Of a DNA stretch of 47,770 nucleotides, positions 9,061 to 17,335 are shown one piece after another. A model generated the notes under the pieces. That model did no database searches and was not told the DNA's origin. It saw only the letters and a list, made by a program, of their open reading frames with translations. The first letter of the stretch is position 1, and every line of letters starts with the position of its first letter. The position numbers and the translations under genes were made by a program. Origin of the DNA: Gammaproteobacteria bacterium (GTDB lineage Bacteria; Pseudomonadota; Gammaproteobacteria; Legionellales; Legionellaceae); contig RGPR01000001.1 in the NCBI GenBank assembly GCA_010030245.1, positions 1-47,770 on the forward strand. Reading direction: 5' to 3'.

Positions 9061-9939
9061 CTAAAGGGGACAATATAGCGCCTGATATTCTTCCCAGACC
9101 TCTTGATCAGTCATAACCAGTTTGGCGCCTTGTTGAATCAAGTAATGGCATCCTGCAGACAAAGGGTTTGTCACTTCTCCCGGGACTGCAAAGACCTCTC
9201 GATTCTGTTCTACAGCATGCAATGCAGTGATCATACTACCACTTTTAATTGCAGCCTCAATAATCAATGTGATTAATGATAATCCACATATTATACGATT
9301 TCTTTGGGGGAATTGTCTAGTCTTTGGCGCTGTTTTTGGTAAAAATTCACTCAAAAGCACCCCTTTCTCGATAATTTTCTCGGCAAGATCACGATGTCGA
9401 TGGGGATAAATATACTCTACACCATTACCCAAAACCGCTATGGTTGGCATATTTGCAGCAATTGCGCCTTGATGGGCTAAACCATCAATACCTAATGCCA
9501 TGCCACTGACGATACATAATCCCTTCAAACTCAAAGCATAGGCCCACTGCTTGGCAATGGCGGCTCCATAGGCACTAGGTTTACGACTACCAACCATCGA
9601 TAGACAAGGCAAATTCAACACACTAAGCTCGCCTTTGGCGTAAAGACGAATGGGTGGGTGAGGGATTTGGCGCAAAAGCGCTGGATATTCTTTATCAAGG
9701 CAAGTGAACAAATGACAATTAGCACTTTCCTGCCACCTTAGATCGGCTTCATATTGCTGCCAATTAGGTGATTTTAAAATGGCGGCTAGCTTTTCCGGGA
9801 TAGCTCGTCTTAAAGAAGATTGCGCATATTCGTTGAAAAGTTCTGCTAGATTAGGCCAGTAATGCCTAAGATTCGCTAAGGTTTTAGGGCCAATGCCTGG
9901 GGCATAAGAGAGTAAAATAAGGGCTGTTCGATTATCCAT
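9061..9939 (-). CDS. dprA: DNA-processing protein DprA (Smf)
   Basis: APGIGPKTLANL helix-hairpin-helix, Rossmann-like core MVGSRKPSAYG...IVSGMALGIDGLAHQGA...TIAVLGNG, and FPQRNRIICGLS. Start moved to ATG 9939 (MDNRTALILL); the track's upstream extension looks non-coding. Confidence 0.85.
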   Translation of the reverse strand: MDNRTALILLSYAPGIGPKTLANLRHYWPNLAELFNEYAQSSLRRAIPEKLAAILKSPNWQQYEADLRWQESANCHLFTCLDKEYPALLRQIPHPPIRLYAKGELSVLNLPCLSMVGSRKPSAYGAAIAKQWAYALSLKGLCIVSGMALGIDGLAHQGAIAANMPTIAVLGNGVEYIYPHRHRDLAEKIIEKGVLLSEFLPKTAPKTRQFPQRNRIICGLSLITLIIEAAIKSGSMITALHAVEQNREVFAVPGEVTNPLSAGCHYLIQQGAKLVMTDQEVWEEYQALYCPL

Positions 9940-10093
9940 AATGGCGATGGTCAAGCAAGATTCCATGATAAAACAAATTATAAACCTGTTGCGAAAATCA
10001 TCAAGCTTCTTTTCCAAAGCGCCCGCTATGAATTGACCATAATTCGCGAAAAATGCTATAATATCGGCATATTTATTGTTGGATTATCGATAC

Positions 10094-10600
10094 ATGGCCA
10101 TCCTTAAGATTTTATATTTGCCCGATGAACGTCTAAGAATTGTTTCCAAACCTGTCACTGAATTTGATGCCAATCTCCAAACCCTCATCGATGACATGTT
10201 TGCAACCATGTATGATGCTCGGGGTGTCGGGCTTGCTGCACCTCAAATTGGTCAAAATATTCGCTTATCTGTGGTCGATGTCAGTGAATCACGTCAAGAA
10301 CAATTGGTGTTTATCAACCCTGAAATCATTGCCAGCGAAGGTAGTGAACAATTTCAGGAAGGCTGCCTATCGGTTCCAGGTGCCTTGGAAAAAGTGGTAC
10401 GTGCGAAATATGTCAAGGTAAAAGCGATGGATAGACATGGCAAGCTCTTTGAAATCGACTGTGATGGTTTATTGGCTGAATGCATTCAACACGAAATTGA
10501 TCATTTGAATGGCAAATTATTCATTGATTTATTATCGCCAATCAAGCGACAGCGTGCCCGAAAAGACTTGGAAAAATACCTCAAAAAACACCCCAACTAG
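10094..10600 (+). CDS. def: peptide deformylase
   Basis: GVGLAAPQIG, EGCLSVPG and QHEIDHLNG metal-binding motifs. The N-terminus MAILKILYLPDERLR aligns with E. coli MSVLQVLHIPDERLR, so the ATG at 10094 is preferred over the TTG at 10076. Confidence 0.93.
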   Translation: MAILKILYLPDERLRIVSKPVTEFDANLQTLIDDMFATMYDARGVGLAAPQIGQNIRLSVVDVSESRQEQLVFINPEIIASEGSEQFQEGCLSVPGALEKVVRAKYVKVKAMDRHGKLFEIDCDGLLAECIQHEIDHLNGKLFIDLLSPIKRQRARKDLEKYLKKHPN

Positions 10601-10607
10601 AGTTAAC

Positions 10608-11540
10608 ATGCGTTTAAAAATTATTTATGCAGGAACCCCCTACTTTGCGTTGCCTGCACTTGAAGCCATTTACCAAGCAGGCCATGACATCATTGCCGTA
10701 TTGACTCAACCCGACAGACCTGCAGGTCGCGGTCAAAAATTACAAACCAGTGTGATAAAAGATTGGGCCATCGAACATCAAATAGCAGTGTATCAACCCC
10801 AAACCCTAAAAACAGCAGAGACGCAGGCACAAATTAAAGCGCTTGATGCTGATGTCATGGTGGTTGCAGCCTATGGCTTGATTTTACCGCAAGCAGTACT
10901 TAAGATGCCTCGTTTTGGTTGTATCAATATTCATGCCTCTATCTTACCCTATTGGCGAGGTGCTGCCCCGATTCAATATGCCATCTTAAATGGTGATAGC
11001 GAAACAGGTATTAGCATCATGCAAATGGATGTGGGTATGGATACTGGTGACGTCTTGGATATCATCAAATGCCCTATTTTAGCTGACGATACCGCTGAAA
11101 GCTTAACTCAAAAACTAGCAACACTAGCCCCTCACGGTATTCTAACAACCCTTCATAACATTCATGATCTAAAGCCTATGCTTCAGGATAATACACTGGC
11201 AACTTATGCACCAAAAATCAAAAAAGAAGATGCAAAAATTAATTGGCATCAAGACAGTAGCAGCATTTTAAGACAAATTCATGCTTATAACCCTTGGCCC
11301 TCAGCCTTTACCATCTTCCAAGATCATACTGTGAAAATCCATGCGGCAACATTAGGCCCTGAAGTACAAGGCCAACCCGGACAAATCATGGCCATTGAAC
11401 ACCAAGGCCTTCTTGTTTGCTGTGGTCAAGGCAGTCTTTGCTTAACCATTTGGCAATGGCCAAATGCCAAAAAAATGAGGATATCTGATTACTTACATGG
11501 CAGCAATATGAATGTGACCGTTGGACAATTGTTCGAATGA
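10608..11540 (+). CDS. fmt: methionyl-tRNA formyltransferase
   Basis: MRLKIIYAGTPYFALPAL, QPDRPAGRGQK, NIHASILPYWRGAAPIQYAI. The true start ATG 10608 is 8 nt after the def stop; the track's upstream extension overlaps def. Confidence 0.92.
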   Translation: MRLKIIYAGTPYFALPALEAIYQAGHDIIAVLTQPDRPAGRGQKLQTSVIKDWAIEHQIAVYQPQTLKTAETQAQIKALDADVMVVAAYGLILPQAVLKMPRFGCINIHASILPYWRGAAPIQYAILNGDSETGISIMQMDVGMDTGDVLDIIKCPILADDTAESLTQKLATLAPHGILTTLHNIHDLKPMLQDNTLATYAPKIKKEDAKINWHQDSSSILRQIHAYNPWPSAFTIFQDHTVKIHAATLGPEVQGQPGQIMAIEHQGLLVCCGQGSLCLTIWQWPNAKKMRISDYLHGSNMNVTVGQLFE

Positions 11541-12808
11541 ATATCAATTATCGTCAACAAGCCTTAGAAGGCTTAACCCCCCTTTTACAGGGGAACCCCC
11601 TTCCTGATGCTTTTGCACATTATCTCCCAAGCGCAAAATATTTATTATTACAAACTTGTCGCTACTTTTATCGCCTTGAACGCATCGCTTTACAATTTGT
11701 CACTAAAACACCCAAAGATAAAACAGTGTTCGCTATCTTAATTTTAGGATTGGCCGAACTGCACCAATTGGATAAGCAGGCGCATGCTGTTATTAATGAG
11801 TTTGTCAGCTTATGCAAAAAAAATAAATTTAGTTCTGCATCAGGACTTGTGAATGCCGTATTAAGAAAATCGATTACCCATAAAGCTGCTTGGGAAAACA
11901 CACTAGCCTCTGATTTAAGTTACCTTTATGCGCATCCACTTTGGTTTATCAAACGGGTCCAAGAGGATTATCCTCATCATTGGCAAGATATCCTTGCTGC
12001 AAATAATGCGCACCCACCCATGACGCTGCGGGTTAATCAAGCGAAAATCAAGCGCGATGCCTATCTTAAAGCCCATCCTTTAAATGCCACTATGTGCAGT
12101 CACAGTCAAAATGGATTCACGCTGCACGATGCCATCGATATCAAGGATATCCCGGGTTTTAATGAGGGCCTCATTTCTGTTCAAGATGAAGCCGCTCAAC
12201 TTTGTCCATCTTTGCTTTTACTGCAAGACGAACTGCGAGTTCTTGATGCTTGCGCTGCCCCTGGCGGAAAAACGGCCCATATGCTTGAAACAAATCAAAC
12301 TCTAAAACTTGTGGCCCTAGAGCTGCAAGCCTTTCGTTTTGAACGCCTCAAAAGTACGCTGCAACGCCTTGATTTAGCAGCTGAACTCATTCAAGGAAAT
12401 GCCTTAAATCTAGACACTTGGTGGCATGGACAATATTTTGATCGCATCTTGATTGATGCGCCTTGCTCTGGTACTGGGGTCATTCGTCGTCATCCAGACA
12501 TCAAACTGCGTCGTCAAGAGCAAAGTATTGCCTTAAACCTCGAGATCCAACAGGCATTACTGCAAAAACTTTGGCAAACTTTAAAGCCAGGTGGCCGAAT
12601 GCTTTATGCCACATGCTCAATTCTTAAAGAAGAAAATGATCGCCAAATTCAGACATTTTTAGAAAATACCAACGATGCGCTTCATGTCGAGATCATCAAT
12701 AATGTTGGGCTTAAAACGCGCTACGGTTTACAAATTTTACCCGGCCAAAACAACATGGATGGTTTTTACTATGCGATGCTCGCGAAAAAAGCAGACAATG
12801 GGGCTTAA
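11537..12808 (+). CDS. rsmB: 16S rRNA (cytosine967-C5)-methyltransferase
   Basis: N-terminal NusB-like domain, then VLDACAAPGGKTAH, ILIDAPCSGTGVIRRHPDIK and MLYATCSI motifs. ATGA overlap with the fmt stop. Confidence 0.9.
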   Translation: MNINYRQQALEGLTPLLQGNPLPDAFAHYLPSAKYLLLQTCRYFYRLERIALQFVTKTPKDKTVFAILILGLAELHQLDKQAHAVINEFVSLCKKNKFSSASGLVNAVLRKSITHKAAWENTLASDLSYLYAHPLWFIKRVQEDYPHHWQDILAANNAHPPMTLRVNQAKIKRDAYLKAHPLNATMCSHSQNGFTLHDAIDIKDIPGFNEGLISVQDEAAQLCPSLLLLQDELRVLDACAAPGGKTAHMLETNQTLKLVALELQAFRFERLKSTLQRLDLAAELIQGNALNLDTWWHGQYFDRILIDAPCSGTGVIRRHPDIKLRRQEQSIALNLEIQQALLQKLWQTLKPGGRMLYATCSILKEENDRQIQTFLENTNDALHVEIINNVGLKTRYGLQILPGQNNMDGFYYAMLAKKADNGA

Positions 12809-12819
12809 AGCCCCAATTG
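12796..12819. terminator. hairpin between convergent rsmB and dacB
   Basis: CAATGGGGC-TTAAA-GCCCCAATTG (9 bp with a 1-nt bulge) spans the rsmB stop codon. On the minus strand it is followed by TCTGCTTTTTT, so it fits best as the terminator of the dacB operon. Confidence 0.45.
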
Positions 12820-12824
12820 CATGA

Positions 12825-14621
12825 TTAACCCATCGGGCGAATAATCCAACGTTTTTGTGATCCATGATCCGGTTGATGCTGAAGCCACAAAATCTTCAAG
12901 GCATCTGCGCCAATATTTGGTGCTTGCATGCTTTCAACGGCAACGCTAAATGGACGATTGTGATTTAATTTTTTCAACACCTGCCAAATACCGACATCAC
13001 TTGCACCGCGGTCTTCAATCACGAGCTCCTGCGGGTGGAAGACCACTGTCACCGGTTTTGCATTTAATTCACGCTTTAAGCCATACTCCAAATTACGCCA
13101 AAATGCCAATTGTCGACGAGCCATGTCTTCAGCTGTCAAGTCAATTTTCCCCTTGCCATTCGCATGCGGCAAAAATAGCGCTTGGTGAAGATTTGCTGGC
13201 TGGGATTGAATTAAAATATTAGTCGCGGCATCAATAAAACCACGATAGCGCCCTGCAATTTGAGGAGGCGTTCCTTTTCTCGTATTGATATACATCGCAA
13301 AAGCAATAATATGATCATTTTTAGATACTAAATAACCGGAAAGACTATAAACACCAACCAAGGTTCCTGTTTTTGCCCTGACCAAGCCTTTTTGGTCGGG
13401 TCGATTAAGGCGTCTGACCAGTGTGCCATCATAACCAGATATGGGAAGTGCTGAAATATACTCATAAGCCAAAGGAAACTTGGTATAGAGATAAGTCAAT
13501 AAGCTTAAGGTCTGGAAAGGTGTGACCTTATTAAAATGCGACAAGCCTGAGCCATCGGTAAAAACAGCATTGTCAAAATTAATGTGTGTCAATTCTTTCA
13601 GATAGTTAGGGGCTACCGCTTGGGCATCTGACCAAGTACTTGGGGCATGACGAATGTGATTGGTTGCCAATAAATACAGGCTATTGGCATACAAATTGTC
13701 CGAAGGTTTTAAAGTGGCAGACATCAATTGTTGAAGTGGGGGGCTATAATGCCGTGCAACTTGAATGGTTTTAGCCGGCATATGGCCATAACGCACCTGT
13801 CCTTGCCAATTGATATGCATTTGCCTCAGTTGATAGCGAATGTGTGCGCTTAAAAAATGATCGGGTTGTCGGACAGGTATTCGCTGAATCAGCGCCAGCT
13901 GACCAACACCAACACATCCTCGAACATGTAAGACACCCAAATTATCAAAATTCATGGACACGCCACAACCCTTAGGGTTAGCCTGTGTTTTTACTTGGTT
14001 ATCAATTGTAAACACCCCTTCCGGACTGGCGGTTTCGACAACAGCCATTTGTCCAACAGATGACGCAGGATTAACAGTAATACTTAAGCGATTCTCATCT
14101 AGAATCAAGGGGCCAACTGGGGCGCCATAAGAAAATTGTTGGTCTCTAGCAGTCATTCCAGGTGCATATGGTGATACTGCCGCTAAATCACTATCAACGA
14201 CAACATCCCCAGACAATTCAGTGATATGCCATTTTTTAAGTTGATCAAAAAGCGCATATAAATCACGGTGAGAAAATGAGGGATCGGGTGACAAATGCAA
14301 ATACAAAGAGCCATTTAAGCGACCTTGAGCGAGTGTTTTTGCATCGGTGCTGAGGGTGCTTGGTATTTGATAATCTGTACCCATGGTCAGCATCGCTAAA
14401 GCTTCAGAAAATAACTTCATATTACTTGCTGGAACAAAAAGCTGCCTTGATTGATGTTCATACAGGGTGTTGCCTGTGGTTAGATCAACCGCCATCATCC
14501 CCAAATTGATATTGGGATCAGTTTTATGAATCAATTGTTGCATTGACCCAGGAATCGTATTGGCATGAGCAACAAGCGAACTACAACATATGGCCACTAC
14601 TGGCCACAAACTCCGTTTCAT
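12825..14621 (-). CDS. dacB: D-alanyl-D-alanine carboxypeptidase/endopeptidase (PBP4 class) with a ~120-aa C-terminal extension
   Basis: Signal peptide MKRSLWPVVAICCSSLVAHA. SxxK (PASNMKLF), SxN (KPSDNLYAN) and KTG (RAKTGTL) motifs occur in PBP4 order. 178 aa follow the KTG motif. Confidence 0.85.
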   Translation of the reverse strand: MKRSLWPVVAICCSSLVAHANTIPGSMQQLIHKTDPNINLGMMAVDLTTGNTLYEHQSRQLFVPASNMKLFSEALAMLTMGTDYQIPSTLSTDAKTLAQGRLNGSLYLHLSPDPSFSHRDLYALFDQLKKWHITELSGDVVVDSDLAAVSPYAPGMTARDQQFSYGAPVGPLILDENRLSITVNPASSVGQMAVVETASPEGVFTIDNQVKTQANPKGCGVSMNFDNLGVLHVRGCVGVGQLALIQRIPVRQPDHFLSAHIRYQLRQMHINWQGQVRYGHMPAKTIQVARHYSPPLQQLMSATLKPSDNLYANSLYLLATNHIRHAPSTWSDAQAVAPNYLKELTHINFDNAVFTDGSGLSHFNKVTPFQTLSLLTYLYTKFPLAYEYISALPISGYDGTLVRRLNRPDQKGLVRAKTGTLVGVYSLSGYLVSKNDHIIAFAMYINTRKGTPPQIAGRYRGFIDAATNILIQSQPANLHQALFLPHANGKGKIDLTAEDMARRQLAFWRNLEYGLKRELNAKPVTVVFHPQELVIEDRGASDVGIWQVLKKLNHNRPFSVAVESMQAPNIGADALKILWLQHQPDHGSQKRWIIRPMG

Positions 14622-14647
14622 AGGCGTTACCTTCTTCTTATTAATAT

Positions 14648-15427
14648 CTAATCATAACTTAAGCCCAGTTTTTGCAGAAGCCCTTGCAGCGTTTCTTGAT
14701 CAAAATATTTAAATTTTAAGAAACCTTGACCATGCTGGCCTAACTCTAGCTCGACTGGGGCGCCAACTTGATGTGACAGTGTTTGCAAAAAATGCGCATG
14801 TTCCGAAACGTTCACATCTTTATTTTTAACAAGTTTAATTTTTTGTTCAAGCATCCTGACTGAGGCTTTATTTTTTATGGTCCAATCCAATAATGTCACT
14901 TGCCGTTGTTCTTTTAAGGGCAATAAAGCTCTAACATGGCCATAGCTAATGTATTTATCTTTCAAAGCCTGCAACACCAATTCACCCCCACCTAATAAAC
15001 GCAACATATTGCTGACATGGGCCCTTGATTTACCCAATAAGCTTGCAATGTGCTCATGTGTCCATGCATATTCGACTTGTAAGCGCTGATAACTTAAAGC
15101 CTCTTCTAAAGGCTCTAATTGTGCACGCTGAATATTTTCTAGAATAGCCAGCAACGATTTCTTTGACTCTGGCAACTGTATTTGAATACAAGGTAGCTCA
15201 TTTAAACCAATGTATTTAGCTGCTCGGAAACGGCACTCGCCTGCAATAATCTGCCCTTTTTCATCAATCAATAGGGGTTGTAATACACCATGTAGGGCAA
15301 TTGAAGCGGCAAGTTCCTTGATATATACATCATCAAAAAATTGACGTGGCTGGTATTTACCAGGCGTCAAGTTTGCTAATTTTTGCCACTGCAGCTGTGG
15401 GGTTTTATCCTTAGTCACGGCGGTCAT
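14648..15427 (-). CDS. ParB/Spo0J-family protein (orphan; GECR variant of the GERR motif)
   Basis: ParB N-domain YQPRQFFDDVYIKELAASIALHGVLQPLLI....IIAGECRFRAAKYIGL, LENIQRAQLEPLEEALSYQRL, HTH HEHIASLLGKSRAHVSNMLRLL, GHVRALL, and a C-terminal dimerisation-like VGAPVELELGQHGQGFLKFKYFDQETLQGLLQKLGL. No parA is adjacent. Confidence 0.8.
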   Translation of the reverse strand: MTAVTKDKTPQLQWQKLANLTPGKYQPRQFFDDVYIKELAASIALHGVLQPLLIDEKGQIIAGECRFRAAKYIGLNELPCIQIQLPESKKSLLAILENIQRAQLEPLEEALSYQRLQVEYAWTHEHIASLLGKSRAHVSNMLRLLGGGELVLQALKDKYISYGHVRALLPLKEQRQVTLLDWTIKNKASVRMLEQKIKLVKNKDVNVSEHAHFLQTLSHQVGAPVELELGQHGQGFLKFKYFDQETLQGLLQKLGLSYD

Positions 15428-15848
15428 GCATTAATTGCTCAATATATCGACGACAAGTCAAGGGCTGTTCAATGGCTTTGATGATTTGTCTGGTTCCACC
15501 TGTCCCTGTAATAATAATGTCACCATAATTTAAAATACTACCTATCAGCGATTGCGTAATATCAATACTTTCAATTTTATGCATTGGGATATCAATGGTT
15601 TTTTGCACAAAAAAACCTGTTTGATAAATGACATTATTTTCACCAATGCTTAGGGTCGTAAAAATAAAGCGCACCAATTCGCCAATTATCCAAGCAGCAA
15701 ATATGGCAAGAAAAATTAAAAAAGGTCGCTGATCATGTATCCCAGTAAAGTCAATTGCAATTGGAATCAATAGAATTAAAAAAGGTTTTAAAAAAATTAC
15801 CCAGTGAAGACGACTAAGATAAGGTGTTGATTTGACTGTTTCATTCAT
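15411..15848 (-). CDS. membrane protein with bacterial PH (bPH_2/DUF304, YdbT-like) domain
   Basis: Two N-terminal TM helices, then IYQTGFFVQKTIDIPMHKIESIDITQSLIGSILNYGDIIITGTGG. AAGGA lies upstream of ATG 15848. Its 3' end overlaps the parB-like start by 17 nt. Confidence 0.6.
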   Translation of the reverse strand: MNETVKSTPYLSRLHWVIFLKPFLILLIPIAIDFTGIHDQRPFLIFLAIFAAWIIGELVRFIFTTLSIGENNVIYQTGFFVQKTIDIPMHKIESIDITQSLIGSILNYGDIIITGTGGTRQIIKAIEQPLTCRRYIEQLMHDRRD

Positions 15849-15925
15849 TCTTTTTTCCTTAAATCTATCCAAAACGCACAAAGCTGACTATGATTACATT
15901 AAGTTTCTCATGATAAGTATCTACC

Positions 15926-17335
15926 ATGAACACATGCGATGAAAAGTGGTCTTGGCTTCAAGCATCCAATCCGTTAATCATCTCGTCTAGTGGCGGTGGC
16001 GGGCATTTGACTGCTGCCATGAGCCTTATTGAGCAATACCAACAACAACAAACGATTTTAGCATACCATACTGCCCAAAAACCATCCCAAGCAAGGTTTT
16101 CTTTCGAGCGTCTTTTCGAAAATTTAATGCTGTTGGCCTATTTACCTGGGATGAGGAAATTAATTCAACGGCTACATCAAATTGAGCTCCCCTCTCTTAG
16201 CGAGCTGAAACAAGAATATGCTCAACTGCGCTTACAGCAAGCTAAAACACCTTGTCGGCTGTATGTAGATTTCTTGCTTGATTGGATGCCCAATGGTTAT
16301 ATGATGACCGCATTATTTAATCTGATGCAGCGTCAAAACCATGGTTTATCGCTGCGACGATTAGTCAAAAATCAAGGCTTTATTGATAAGCTTTTTAAAC
16401 ATACCATTCAACAGCGTCTAAACAAAACCCTAATGGATGCGCTGAGCCATGAAAAACCCTATGACGCTATTATTTCCACCCAAGCACTTGGAATACCTGC
16501 CCTTTGCCGCGCTGTTGCCAAATATAATGCACACATCATGCAACACAACTTACCGCAACCTATGATTGAAATTCATCAGTTTATTACTGACATTCCTCAT
16601 CAATATGCCAAGCATTACTTAAGTCCGATGCAAGAGCTCGAATTTTTAGATAAAAGCTTTTTAAATATTCACTTGCTGAATATACACGATGACATTTCTT
16701 TTATTCCTCATAAACATGCTAAAAAAGTATGGTTCTATGAACCTGAAGATAATCCCATGATCCGCCCTAGCCTTCATCAAGCCCCTCCTGCTTTGGCACA
16801 TGGTATTCGCATTATCCTCCCTAGGCAGGCAAACATCATGATTTTACCTAAAGAGCGCTTAAGTGTGGTGATGTTAAGCTCTGCTAATGGCCAAATTAGT
16901 CTTGATTATCTCAACAGTTTAATCGCCTTAGGCATTGAGCATATTGCCTTGGTCGGCAAGTTAAGTCCAAGTCTTGTTGAAAACATCAAGGACGTGCCCT
17001 CACCACAAAGCCATATTTATTTACTGGGTCAATTAGATGCAGCAAACCTTGGGGAGCTTTTACAAAATGCCCATTTGATCATTGTCAAAAGCGGTGGCTT
17101 AAGTTTAATGGAACTGGTTTCTTTTAAATTTCACCCAACAAGCATCATTTGTTTACATGAGGACAGTGGTTTGAATGCACACAGTGGTCTTATCTGGGAA
17201 GAAGGTAATAAAAAATGGTTTATACAACATTGTCAGCAGCAGCATCAAAGCGCAATCCTTGCCAATCCTGAAAATATTTTACAAAAGTATCAAGAACTCA
17301 AGCACTCGATTTGGGTCGATAAAATATTGCCGTGA
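15926..17335 (+). CDS. GT-B fold glycosyltransferase, MurG/UgtP/MGDG-synthase-like (tentative)
   Basis: N-terminal LIISSSGGGGHLTAAMSL matches the glycine-loop-His motif of GT28/MGDG-synthase enzymes. C-terminal HLIIVKSGGLSLMELVS matches the xKxGGxTxxE motif of their C-domain. The central ~250 aa are not recognisable. Confidence 0.5.
   Translation: MNTCDEKWSWLQASNPLIISSSGGGGHLTAAMSLIEQYQQQQTILAYHTAQKPSQARFSFERLFENLMLLAYLPGMRKLIQRLHQIELPSLSELKQEYAQLRLQQAKTPCRLYVDFLLDWMPNGYMMTALFNLMQRQNHGLSLRRLVKNQGFIDKLFKHTIQQRLNKTLMDALSHEKPYDAIISTQALGIPALCRAVAKYNAHIMQHNLPQPMIEIHQFITDIPHQYAKHYLSPMQELEFLDKSFLNIHLLNIHDDISFIPHKHAKKVWFYEPEDNPMIRPSLHQAPPALAHGIRIILPRQANIMILPKERLSVVMLSSANGQISLDYLNSLIALGIEHIALVGKLSPSLVENIKDVPSPQSHIYLLGQLDAANLGELLQNAHLIIVKSGGLSLMELVSFKFHPTSIICLHEDSGLNAHSGLIWEEGNKKWFIQHCQQQHQSAILANPENILQKYQELKHSIWVDKILP

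Noticed and set aside
10140-10607. Alternate-frame ORF inside def (10140-10421) and a 33-codon upstream extension of fmt (10509-10607)
   Set aside because: def motifs occupy the other frame. The fmt N-terminus MRLKIIYAGTP at 10608 matches orthologs, and the extension would overlap def by ~90 nt.
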